64,000 bases of DNA from an uncultured Gammaproteobacteria bacterium. Its GTDB lineage: Bacteria; Pseudomonadota; Gammaproteobacteria; Pseudomonadales; Pseudohongiellaceae. Of this stretch, positions 39,972 to 49,238 are shown in pieces. Below the pieces are notes generated by a model. That model was not told the origin of the DNA. It saw only the letters and a program-made list of their open reading frames with translations, and did no database searches. The position numbers and the translations under genes were made by a program. The stretch is from the NCBI GenBank assembly GCA_913054495.1, contig CAJXIY010000003.1:471-64470 (forward strand), in the 5' to 3' direction. Position 1 is the first letter of the stretch. Each line of letters starts with the position of its first letter.

Positions 39972-40013
39972 CTGGTAGTCCGGTCCGTTCGAGCGTTTCT
40001 CATGGCAAGTTGA

Positions 40014-40694
40014 TCAGTCTACTCTGCATACCTGTCCAGGGCCATCGGCGATCGCCACACAGGACTGACCTGATGGGCACAGAGCTCCCGGTTGTAAACA
40101 GGGGATTTCGCAGCTTTTGAATTCTGGCCCATTGGGACCAGCAATGCCGAAATAAGCAACACAGATAGTATCATCTTCACAAATGGCACTGTCTGTCGAG
40201 CAGTCCCCACCTTGAGAAACAATATTCTGTGGCGCTATTTCAGTTAACTTATCGACGTTGAAGGGCGCGGACAAGGTTACTGTGTAACGGGTATTATCGA
40301 TGTTGTTGGTTACAATCGACTGGATAGTCAAGGTCCCATCGGCGGCGTTATAGGTCGGTTCGGGAATTCGGGGCGCATCGAATTCTTCGACTGCGAACAG
40401 AGTGCATTCTCCAATGCCGCATTGTCCGGTGGTCTCGTAAAAATAGCCGCTAATCTGGTGTACTTTTTCATCGTCACTGATCTTGGCCAGGTCGACGAAG
40501 GAGTTGCCCACTAACAGGCGCAGGGTGCCGCTGGTGTCTACGACGCTGTGGCTCGGACAACAAATCCCACAGGCCTGGGCGCAGGCAAGCGACTCGACGG
40601 TACCGGACAGGCTCACTTTTTCTGCCGCGAACGAGCCCATCGGTAACATGGCCATTACTATGGCTGCGATGCGGAGTAATCGGGTTGAAGACAT
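40014..40694 (-). CDS. secreted cysteine-rich hypothetical protein
   Basis: 226 aa with a signal peptide and 14 Cys in clusters (CAQACGICC; QCGIGEC; five in the last 35 residues). I recognised no family. Confidence 0.6.
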   Translation of the reverse strand: MSSTRLLRIAAIVMAMLPMGSFAAEKVSLSGTVESLACAQACGICCPSHSVVDTSGTLRLLVGNSFVDLAKISDDEKVHQISGYFYETTGQCGIGECTLFAVEEFDAPRIPEPTYNAADGTLTIQSIVTNNIDNTRYTVTLSAPFNVDKLTEIAPQNIVSQGGDCSTDSAICEDDTICVAYFGIAGPNGPEFKSCEIPCLQPGALCPSGQSCVAIADGPGQVCRVD

Positions 40695-40757
40695 GATGAA
40701 CTACCTCGGTATTTTACTTATAGACCGTACCAATCCAATAATTGTTACTGCGCTTAG

Positions 40758-41888
40758 CTAGCAGCCACCTGGCATAGTCGCAATCCAGTGGCGTAACAGT
40801 TCAATCCCTTCGTGGTGAACCAGTGATCTGCCCAGTTCTGGCATCATCTCATCTGGTGCCAGGGAGTTCATACGGTAAATTAAAATTGACTCCTCCGGCG
40901 CAGCGGGCACGATGCTGTATTGTAGATCGCCGGCACCGCCACCGGCGGCAACCGGCGGTTTACATACGCCAAGATTGACGGCCAGAGTGTGAGAGCCATC
41001 GAGCAGGAGTCCCGAAGTGTCCGCTGCGCCTTCCGGGTTGTGGCAGTGTCCACAATGGATATTAAGGTAGGCCAGGGCGAACTCCTCTACCAATTCAGGA
41101 TCTTGTATATCGGCGCTATAAGATTGCCAGGAAACAGCCTCCATGCGCGTCGGTAATTCATCTAGCCAACCGCGCCTTCGCATGAGTTCTGTCTGCAAAA
41201 CCGGGTCGCCACCGGCGTGGTCGAGCGCTGAGCTCAGCTCCCTGGCGATGGCGCCAAGCGGGTGAATCTGACCATCGGGATGTTCGGTCACATGACACGC
41301 TGAGCACTGATTTTTGTTGGGCACAAAATAGACGAAATCCAATATGCCCTCGTCCCTCAGCAGATGGATATTTTTACTGGCACCCGCTACGCGCAGGAAA
41401 GCTTCCGATTGCTCATCATTCCAGACATAGGGCATCGCCGTCCAGCCGGATTCTTTTCGCACCAGCAAACGAGTTTCGATAAGCCGATTCTTCTCTAGAT
41501 CGATTTTATCGACACCGTTATCTGCGATTTTTAAATACCGCCCTTCGGCATCGACGGGATAATAAAATGTCTTGGTCAAAACCGATCCAACGGGGTAATC
41601 GATCTCGCCGCCCAGCAGCCGAGCCTGAGATCCTGCCGGTATCCATAGCGTGCGGAGCTTGTGGGCATAATCGGTGAACAATTGATTGGCAGGGCGAAAA
41701 ACCAGACTGGATTCATGGGGAATTAGCACATCGCGCTTAATCGTCAGCAGCTTCCAGGCAGACAGGCGCAGTGGGGTCTCGGTTTCATGAAACGCCGGCT
41801 CAGTGGGGGAGCAGGCAGCAGTCAGCAGGGTGTAAAACAGTACCGAAATTGCGCCCAGTGTACCTGGGCGCAACCATTGCTGGATCAT
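40758..41888 (-). CDS. diheme c-type cytochrome (SO_2930/HNE_0200-like family, from recollection)
   Basis: 376 aa with a signal/anchor segment. There are two CxxCH motifs (CSACH, CGHCH). Its start overlaps the upstream beta-helix gene stop in ATGA at 41885-41888. Confidence 0.7.
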   Translation of the reverse strand: MIQQWLRPGTLGAISVLFYTLLTAACSPTEPAFHETETPLRLSAWKLLTIKRDVLIPHESSLVFRPANQLFTDYAHKLRTLWIPAGSQARLLGGEIDYPVGSVLTKTFYYPVDAEGRYLKIADNGVDKIDLEKNRLIETRLLVRKESGWTAMPYVWNDEQSEAFLRVAGASKNIHLLRDEGILDFVYFVPNKNQCSACHVTEHPDGQIHPLGAIARELSSALDHAGGDPVLQTELMRRRGWLDELPTRMEAVSWQSYSADIQDPELVEEFALAYLNIHCGHCHNPEGAADTSGLLLDGSHTLAVNLGVCKPPVAAGGGAGDLQYSIVPAAPEESILIYRMNSLAPDEMMPELGRSLVHHEGIELLRHWIATMPGGC

Positions 41889-43093
41889 TGCTGCGCCGAG
41901 CTCAATGAGATCACCGACAAACTCGGCAGCGAGCAGTCGTGGGCCATCATGTCAAACGAAGGGGCAGCAAAATCATTGCTGGCATCCAGGTTTACGAAGC
42001 TCATGTCGCCATTGTTGGAAAAACACAATATATCATTCCCTCGCTTGCCCGGGAGCGCAGTGCCGTCCCATACAACGTCTGGTATGCGTTCGCCGGTAGC
42101 CGATTGTAGCAATGCCAGAGGCTCTGAATCAGGGGTTTCGCCACCACCTGTAAATTCATTATCGTGAATATAGATAGACTCCGGATACGGATCGTAATTG
42201 GGATCATCTATGGGCAGGCCGTTGATGAAGTAGCTCACTATAATGATATTGGCACTGTCGTTATCGGTGAAGTCATTACCGAAGACTTCGATGTTGTCGT
42301 TGGCCAGCACCATCAAACCGGTGCCGGCGGGAACGCTGCCGACGATATTGCCTTCCGGCGCAAAATTGGCGGTGTTGTTGTTGCTTATCTGGTTGTTGAA
42401 AACCCGCGTGTTGCGCCCACCCTGAACCGGCAGGTTTGGTAGGTCGAACACCAGGATGCCGCCGGTGTTATTGGTGGCGACGTTGTCATAGACGTCGGCG
42501 AAGGTAGAGTTCTCGATCTCGATACCGGCAACATTGTATTCCACTCGGGAATTGCGCACGATGATTTGGGTTGACTGACCCACATAAATACCGGCATCAG
42601 AGGCGCCAATGGCGACAGAATCCTCGATCAATATATTTCGGGATTGGACCGGATAGATACCGTAGGCACCATTGCTGGTAAGTGCGCCCCCAGTCCATTC
42701 GGTGCGCACACGACGGATCGTGACATTGGTGCTGTCATTAATCTTCAGCGCGTCACCGACCGTGTCCTCGATCGCGAGGTCTTCGATAACAAAATCATCG
42801 GCGGTGACCAGTAAACCTTCGGCGCCCTGAATCTGATTCTTAAAAGACAGGATAGAGCGGTCCATGCCGGCGCCTCTGATGGTGACACCGGCGACATCAA
42901 GCGAGAGGCTACGGGTAATTTCGTGCACACCGGCAGGGATTTCAATGACTTCACCAGGCAGTGCCAGAATCAGTTGCTGTTGCAGGGATTCTTCGAAGTT
43001 AAGCTCCGGCATGGCTGGTTGTTCCGGGCCGCAAGCCAGCAGTAGCGTGCAGATTCCAATAGTAACTGTGAATCTTGCCATCAGTTTGTGCAT
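41885..43093 (-). CDS. parallel beta-helix repeat lipoprotein
   Basis: 402 aa with lipobox LLLACG. It has repeated short G/N/D-rich turns (NVxI.., GIxV...S, NNxxGGI), typical of right-handed beta-helix (NosD/pectate-lyase-like) folds. Confidence 0.75.
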   Translation of the reverse strand: MHKLMARFTVTIGICTLLLACGPEQPAMPELNFEESLQQQLILALPGEVIEIPAGVHEITRSLSLDVAGVTIRGAGMDRSILSFKNQIQGAEGLLVTADDFVIEDLAIEDTVGDALKINDSTNVTIRRVRTEWTGGALTSNGAYGIYPVQSRNILIEDSVAIGASDAGIYVGQSTQIIVRNSRVEYNVAGIEIENSTFADVYDNVATNNTGGILVFDLPNLPVQGGRNTRVFNNQISNNNTANFAPEGNIVGSVPAGTGLMVLANDNIEVFGNDFTDNDSANIIIVSYFINGLPIDDPNYDPYPESIYIHDNEFTGGGETPDSEPLALLQSATGERIPDVVWDGTALPGKRGNDILCFSNNGDMSFVNLDASNDFAAPSFDMMAHDCSLPSLSVISLSSAQQ

Positions 43094-43128
43094 TGTTGTC
43101 CCGGTCCCTCCGTGCGTACTAAACCCAC

Positions 43129-43593
43129 TTATGGCCGTCGCCTCGTAGCGTTGTATACGGCATCGGTTACCGGATCCAGCCAGTCCACGGTGCCTTCGTA
43201 GATTGTTAATTGCAGCGCGTCTTCATCGGGATGGGCACCATGCCAGTGCTCCCGACCTGCCGGGGTCCACCATGGCACGCCTGGATGCATTTCGAGTAGG
43301 GGTCCATCCCGGTCCTGGGTCAGACCGCGGCCTTCTTCTATCATCAGCAACTGGCCCCAGGAATGTGTATGCCAGCTGGAGCGAACCCCGGCTGGAAACA
43401 GAATTCGAATCGTATTAACTGCATCGGCCTGCCTAATCTCGGGTGCTCCTCCCTGAAAATTGCTTTGTTGCGCCGAAGTTTGATTCGCCTGGGTTCCCAG
43501 TACCAGCCAGCCAAGCACCAGCGCCGCACTGATGGACGTGAGAATTTCTATCGTGGAAGATTTTCGGGTTTTGTTCTCGCCTTTCTTAGTCAT
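43129..43593 (-). CDS. secreted cupin-domain protein
   Basis: The start is taken at ATG 43593, preceded by GGAGG. A hydrophobic leader follows. Cupin motifs: SSWHTHSWGQ ... HWHGA. Confidence 0.65.
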   Translation of the reverse strand: MTKKGENKTRKSSTIEILTSISAALVLGWLVLGTQANQTSAQQSNFQGGAPEIRQADAVNTIRILFPAGVRSSWHTHSWGQLLMIEEGRGLTQDRDGPLLEMHPGVPWWTPAGREHWHGAHPDEDALQLTIYEGTVDWLDPVTDAVYNATRRRP

Positions 43594-43833
43594 CACCGCC
43601 TCCGAGTTTGGGTTGATATTCTTATAAGTAGTCGCGAAGCTATAGCAATAAACCAATGCCTTGATGATGTCAACCGCAGCCAGGCGTGCCTCGATTACCC
43701 AAGCGGGTGAATTCGGCGCAGAGGGTCTGGAGGATGGTAAAGGAGGCAGGCTTTGGCTCCCGGCGCGGGATGGTGGTACTCTGCTGCAGTTGACTAATCC
43801 CAGCTAATAAAAAAAAGGGAGCATGAATTAAGC

Positions 43834-44658
43834 ATGAAGAAATCTCCCGAGACCAAGAGGTCCCTGATTCGATTTGTGACCTGGATATTGTCGATTACGG
43901 CCGTGATGTACGTGTCTTCCGTGCCGGCCCAACAAATCAATCCCCTGGAGTCCGATCCCAGGGCAGCCCGGGCAGGCGGTGTTCTGTTTCGTAGCCAGTG
44001 TGCTACCTGTCATGGCGGTGATGCCAAGGGGATTACGGGGATTGAAGCACCGGATTTGACCTTGATCTGGGCAGCGGTTGGCACCACCGATGAACGTGTC
44101 TTCCAGACCATCAGAAATGGCGTACCTGGCAGCATCATGCCGGCCCATGGTTTCACCGATCCGGAGACCTGGATGCTGGTGTCTTACCTGAGGAGTGTGG
44201 CGGCGACAGGAGCGACCGAGTTTTCCGGTGATGCCGTGCGCGGCAGCGGTCTGTTCCTGAGCAACTGTGCCCGTTGTCATCGGGTTAGGGGTGAGGGCGG
44301 GAGCCTGGGACCTGATCTGAGCCAAATTACAAGTCGGCGCTCGGCGGCGGCGTTAGTTAACTCGGTGCGGGAACCCAGCGCCACGATCGCACGGCGTTAT
44401 CACTCGGTGTCTTTGGTTTTTGAAGGGCTTAGTGCGGGGGCCAGTGGTAGCCGACAACGAATTCAGGGAACGCTGAAGAGTGAGGATGCCTTCTCTATTC
44501 AAATGATGGATACGAATCAGCAGCTGCGTGCCTTCATGAAGGCCGATCTGCTGGAATTCGTGCGTGAGTCCGATTCACTGATGCCTGCGTTTTCCCGGAC
44601 CGATTTGAGTAGCGCGGAGCTCGAAGATATTTTAACGTTTCTGCAATCACAGCTCTGA
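43834..44658 (+). CDS. diheme c-type cytochrome, periplasmic
   Basis: 274 aa with a signal peptide. Heme motifs CATCH and CARCH, each followed by a distal Met region. Confidence 0.8.
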   Translation: MKKSPETKRSLIRFVTWILSITAVMYVSSVPAQQINPLESDPRAARAGGVLFRSQCATCHGGDAKGITGIEAPDLTLIWAAVGTTDERVFQTIRNGVPGSIMPAHGFTDPETWMLVSYLRSVAATGATEFSGDAVRGSGLFLSNCARCHRVRGEGGSLGPDLSQITSRRSAAALVNSVREPSATIARRYHSVSLVFEGLSAGASGSRQRIQGTLKSEDAFSIQMMDTNQQLRAFMKADLLEFVRESDSLMPAFSRTDLSSAELEDILTFLQSQL

Positions 44659-44672
44659 GGAATCTACGCGCC

Positions 44673-46316
44673 ATGACATTTCTGCAACGATCGATGAGTA
44701 AGTTAGCGCGCAGGTGGCTTGGTTACCTTACGCTGGCAGCAATACTGCCGCTGCTGGCTCATGCCCAGGAGAACGCTGGCCCGGACTACGACGACATCTT
44801 GCAGGGCTTCGCCGACTCCGAACGCTGGCTGACCTACTCCGGCGATTACAGTGGCAAGCGCCATAGCCCCCTGACCCAGATTAATGTCGATAATATTCAG
44901 TCGCTGCGACCCGAGTGGACGTTCCAGACCGGTACCACAACCCGAGGCCGCGGATTTGAGACCACGCCGCTGGTGGATGCGGGGGTGCTCTATGTGACCG
45001 GTTCCAATAACTATGCCTGGGCTATCGATGCGCGAACCGGACGGGCTTTCTGGCAGTACCGCCGCAATTTGCCATCAGACCTCACCTACGGCGCCAGCGC
45101 ACCAGTCAATCGTGGTTTCGGAATGTTGGGGAATAGCCTGTTCATGGTGACGCTGGACGCACATTTGCTGTCCTTCGACCGTCGCAGCGGCGATATTCTC
45201 TGGGATGTGGTGCTGGCAGATTACCATCAGGGCTATGCCGCCACCCTGGCGCCGCTGGTGCTCGATAATAAAGTCATCGTCGGCATTTCCGGTGGTGAGT
45301 ACGCAACCAGGGGCTTTATCGATGCTTACGATCCGGCCACGGGCGATAGACTCTGGCGTTTCAATACTATTCCAGGACCGGGTGAGCCGGGCAGTGAGAC
45401 CTGGCCGGACGACCCTGAAGTGCTGGCGCGGGGCGGGGGAGGCACCTGGATGAATGGTAGCTATGACCCGGAGCTGAACCTGATCTACTGGGGAGTGGGA
45501 AATCCGAATCCGGACTATTACGGTGATCTTAGACCCGGAGATAATCTCTATTCCAATTCTATCGTGGCACTGGATGCCGATACCGGTGAGTTACGCTGGC
45601 ACTACCAATTCACACCCCATGATCTTAACGACTGGGATTCCAATCAAATTCCGGTATTGGCGGATATCGAGTGGCAGGGAAGCCCGCGGCGGGTAGTGAT
45701 GCTGGCTAATCGCAATGGCTTTTTCTATGTGATGGATCGAGTCAACGGTGAATTATTACTGGCCACACCATTTACCGCGACGACATGGGCTCGGGAAATT
45801 GGTGCCGATGGCAGACCGATAGTTCTGAATGATGGCAGCAAAGGCTGCCTGCCCGATCCCTGGGGCAGTACCAATTTCATGCCGCCTTCCTACTATCCTG
45901 AACTTGGTCTGTTTTACCTAACCGCCCGAGAAACCTGTGCCACCTATGTGGCCGAAGAGCCGACTTTTGTTCCGGGCCAATCCAGTTTCGGCGGTGTGGT
46001 CTTCATCGACGGCGATCAGGGCTCCGGTGCTTTGCGAGCGCTGGATGTACAAACTGGCGATTTGCGCTGGGAATTTCCCTACCCTTCGCCCACCTTCGGG
46101 GGCGTACTCACCACGGCAGCCAGCCTCGTCTTCGCCGGTGATCATGAGGGAAATTTCATGGCCTTCGATGCGGTCAGCGGAGAGAATCTCTGGCACTATC
46201 AAACCGGATCCCGCATCTGGGGAGCCGCAGCAATGACTCACATGCTGGATGGCCGGCAGTATGTCCTCATCGCCTCGGGAACCACGCTAACGGCGTTTGC
46301 CTTGCCAGCCCAATAA
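44673..46316 (+). CDS. PQQ-dependent dehydrogenase (quinoprotein, alcohol dehydrogenase-like propeller)
   Basis: 547 aa with a signal peptide. N-terminal WLTYSGDYSGKRHSPLTQIN is typical of PQQ-ADH-type enzymes, and Trp docking repeats are present. I saw no vicinal Cys-Cys. Confidence 0.85.
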   Translation: MTFLQRSMSKLARRWLGYLTLAAILPLLAHAQENAGPDYDDILQGFADSERWLTYSGDYSGKRHSPLTQINVDNIQSLRPEWTFQTGTTTRGRGFETTPLVDAGVLYVTGSNNYAWAIDARTGRAFWQYRRNLPSDLTYGASAPVNRGFGMLGNSLFMVTLDAHLLSFDRRSGDILWDVVLADYHQGYAATLAPLVLDNKVIVGISGGEYATRGFIDAYDPATGDRLWRFNTIPGPGEPGSETWPDDPEVLARGGGGTWMNGSYDPELNLIYWGVGNPNPDYYGDLRPGDNLYSNSIVALDADTGELRWHYQFTPHDLNDWDSNQIPVLADIEWQGSPRRVVMLANRNGFFYVMDRVNGELLLATPFTATTWAREIGADGRPIVLNDGSKGCLPDPWGSTNFMPPSYYPELGLFYLTARETCATYVAEEPTFVPGQSSFGGVVFIDGDQGSGALRALDVQTGDLRWEFPYPSPTFGGVLTTAASLVFAGDHEGNFMAFDAVSGENLWHYQTGSRIWGAAAMTHMLDGRQYVLIASGTTLTAFALPAQ

Positions 46317-46549
46317 ACCCCGGGGAAACCACCTCATGCTGCCTGCGTTGAGGGGTCTGAAATGCCTGTTTCCGTGGACATTTGGCGGCTAAACTTCTAT
46401 CCTCGGACTTGATTGAGGAAGGCTGCATTATGGCGACTTATGCCATTGCAACTAATTGTGACTAATAGCAGTCTCGCAATCCAGTTTCGACTAAAATGCC
46501 GCAACATGAAGTTTTCGGACTCCAGGAAAACAACCAAGGGGAATCTGCA

Positions 46550-48016
46550 ATGATTACCAGACACGTTCTCGCACTCACATCGTCACTTGCCCTGCTGGCT
46601 CTGCCCGTTGTTGCCATGGCCCAAGCCCATGACGCCAGTATGGCCAATCACCAGCCACACTATTACAATGCCGTCGATTACGACATCGATGCTGGCAGTG
46701 TGACCTACGCCGACGACATTGCCCCATTATTGCAACGCAGTTGTCAGAACTGTCACCGCCCCGGTGGTGGAGCGCCGATGTCCCTGCTGAGCTACGACGA
46801 GGTCAAACCCTGGGCTCCGGTAATCATGTATCGAACGGCGATAAGAGATCGCATGGGGGCGATGCCGCCTTTCTTCATTGAGAAAAACATCGGCATCGAT
46901 GGCTTCAAAAATGATTATTCATTGTCTGACCTGGAGTTGGCGATGATCCAGGCCTGGGTCAGAAATGGCGCGCCCCGGGGTAACCCGGACAATGAGCCAC
47001 CCATGTTGAAGTTCGACGACGACATCGGTTGGAAAGTAGGTGAGCCTGATCTGGTATTACGTTCGAAAGATGTGACACGTCCGGCTATTGGCCCCGACTG
47101 GTGGGGGGATATTGGTCTGGTCCCAACCGGTTTGACCGAAGATCGCTACGTCAAATCGATCGAAGTTCGGGAGATCAATGATATCCCGGCGGACAGGGGT
47201 ACTAACACCGTTGGCGGGCGTTACATGTGGCATCACATGACTTATGCCAGTGGCGTTCTGAGCGAAGACGGTAAGGAAATTGTGGGGAACCGAATCGGTT
47301 GGCCAATCCACGAAGTAGGACGAAATGCCGATGTCTTTCCTGAAAAAGCGGGTCGACTATTGCAGGCTAACTCGGCGCTTCACCTCAATGCCGCGCACCT
47401 GCATTCCAATGGCCACGACAGCACCGGTCACCTCGAATTTGGCATCCAGTTTTTCCCGGTTGGCTACGAACCTGAATACAGCAGACGCGGGCCCAGGACG
47501 GGCAACGGTGTCGATATCGACGTGCTGCCTAACAAAGCCAACCAGGAATTCCATAACTACGTAGTGTTGCAGGAACATACCAAGATCATCGCTTTCGAAC
47601 CCCATCTCCATGCCCCCGGTGTGCGCATGTGTATGGAAGCGATCTGGGGACACAATCAGTTCACTCTCAATTGCGCAGGCTACGATCACAATTGGGTGAA
47701 ACAGTATGTTTATGAAGATGATAAGGCGCCGCTGTTACCCAAAGGGACTATCCTGCACACGATAGGCTACCTGGATACCACCGCGGCAAATCCCAATGTT
47801 GCCGATACCCGCAACTGGGCTGGCGGCGGACGCCGCTCGGTGTCAAATATGTTTATCGATTTAGGCTATTCGGTTCAGCTTACCGAGGAGCAATTTCAGG
47901 CGGAAATGGCTATCCGCCGGGCCAACATGAAGGATCGCAACGACTACGACATCAGCTGCCCATTGTGCTGGGCACCTGTAGTTGAGGGTCAATCATTGGC
48001 GGTAGGGAACGATTAG
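46550..48016 (+). CDS. cytochrome c domain fused to a PHM/DBH-like (copper type II monooxygenase-like) domain
   Basis: The start is taken at ATG 46550 (AAGGGGA RBS, signal peptide). CQNCH heme motif, then WHHM, AAHLHSNGH, EPHLHAPG and SNMF. Their order and spacing resemble the HH...H / HxH...M copper sites of peptidylglycine alpha-hydroxylating monooxygenase. Confidence 0.55.
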   Translation: MITRHVLALTSSLALLALPVVAMAQAHDASMANHQPHYYNAVDYDIDAGSVTYADDIAPLLQRSCQNCHRPGGGAPMSLLSYDEVKPWAPVIMYRTAIRDRMGAMPPFFIEKNIGIDGFKNDYSLSDLELAMIQAWVRNGAPRGNPDNEPPMLKFDDDIGWKVGEPDLVLRSKDVTRPAIGPDWWGDIGLVPTGLTEDRYVKSIEVREINDIPADRGTNTVGGRYMWHHMTYASGVLSEDGKEIVGNRIGWPIHEVGRNADVFPEKAGRLLQANSALHLNAAHLHSNGHDSTGHLEFGIQFFPVGYEPEYSRRGPRTGNGVDIDVLPNKANQEFHNYVVLQEHTKIIAFEPHLHAPGVRMCMEAIWGHNQFTLNCAGYDHNWVKQYVYEDDKAPLLPKGTILHTIGYLDTTAANPNVADTRNWAGGGRRSVSNMFIDLGYSVQLTEEQFQAEMAIRRANMKDRNDYDISCPLCWAPVVEGQSLAVGND

Positions 48017-48018
48017 AG

Positions 48019-49008
48019 ATGCGTTGTAAAATGAGTAGTTCGTCACTGCGATTGAGCACTGCGCTGGCAAGTCTGCTGGCGCTGTGTGTTTTCAGCCAGC
48101 TTAGCTCGGCCCAACCTCGGTACATGCAGTTAACCGGTGAAATTGCCTCACCGGCATTCGAGGGTTGGTGGCCGAACGAGGATGGCACATTCAAGTTGTT
48201 CTATGGCTACATGAATTCCAACTGGAAACATGAGTTCGATGTGCCAATCGGTCCCGATAATTATTTCGCATTTACCGCCGAAGGTGGCCTGGACGACCTG
48301 AATGAAGACGCCTATGATTTTTCTGTCGCCGATCAGGGACAGCCCACGCATTTATATCCGCGCAGAAATCCATTTCTTTTTACCATCGATGTGCCCGCAG
48401 ATTTTGGCACTAGGGAATTGGTGTGGACGCTGAAAACCCAAGCTCACACTGGTCGAGCCTATGGCTCCCTGAAACCAGACTACTCGATAGATCCCCAGGT
48501 GATTTCGACTGAAGTTGGTGGTGCCTTTGGCAGTTTAAATGATGCCTTGCGCACAAATATCCCACCGGAGATTCGACTGGAAGGTGAAAGTTTTCGTACC
48601 GTCAGAGTGGGCCAAGCTCTCAGCCTGGCAGTAAGAGCCCATGATCCCGACAATTTGCCCGAAAGGCGTGAACTGTCAAGGGGACGCGGCGGCGGTAATC
48701 AGGCTTACAGACCACCCTCTTCAATCGTGGTACTGAGTGGTCCCGGCCTGCGCTTTTCGTGGACGATTTATCGGGGACCCGCCAAGTATGCCACCTTCGA
48801 TCCGGTGCAATTCAAGACCTACATCGACTCCCGCGCCTATGCGAATTCTCCGTGGTCGCCACCCTATACTATTCCAGAGCCTCCGGAAGATGGCAGATGG
48901 GCCGCCGAAGTAATCTTCGACGAACCGGGTGAGTACGTCTTGCGCGGCATCGCCAGCGACGGCTCCATGTTCAGCTACCAGAATATCAATGTGACCGTGA
49001 CTCGGTAG
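48019..49008 (+). CDS. secreted hypothetical protein
   Basis: 329 aa with a signal peptide. The start lies 2 nt after the upstream stop, suggesting coupled expression. I recognised no motif. Confidence 0.6.
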   Translation: MRCKMSSSSLRLSTALASLLALCVFSQLSSAQPRYMQLTGEIASPAFEGWWPNEDGTFKLFYGYMNSNWKHEFDVPIGPDNYFAFTAEGGLDDLNEDAYDFSVADQGQPTHLYPRRNPFLFTIDVPADFGTRELVWTLKTQAHTGRAYGSLKPDYSIDPQVISTEVGGAFGSLNDALRTNIPPEIRLEGESFRTVRVGQALSLAVRAHDPDNLPERRELSRGRGGGNQAYRPPSSIVVLSGPGLRFSWTIYRGPAKYATFDPVQFKTYIDSRAYANSPWSPPYTIPEPPEDGRWAAEVIFDEPGEYVLRGIASDGSMFSYQNINVTVTR

Positions 49009-49034
49009 CCAGCAGGCTAGGCGAACCTATCAGA

Positions 49035-49064
49035 GGCAGCGAACCCCGGTTCGCTGCCTTTTTT
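49035..49064 (+). terminator. rho-independent terminator
   Basis: 10-bp GC-rich stem GGCAGCGAAC / GTTCGCTGCC with loop CCCG, followed by TTTTTT. It lies 27 nt after the stop at 49008. Confidence 0.8.
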
Positions 49065-49238
49065 CATGGCGCGCCGGCCTACATTGCATTAGTCCCGACA
49101 CTGCATTACTCTCCTGAACCCAGCAGCCATAAACGACGTCGAATCGAGCCGTCTACGTGGCGTCGTTAGCGTTGGCCTTGCCTGGCTGAAATTGGCGACG
49201 AAGCGCTGGTAAAAGGTTTACACAGGAGCAGATAGATC

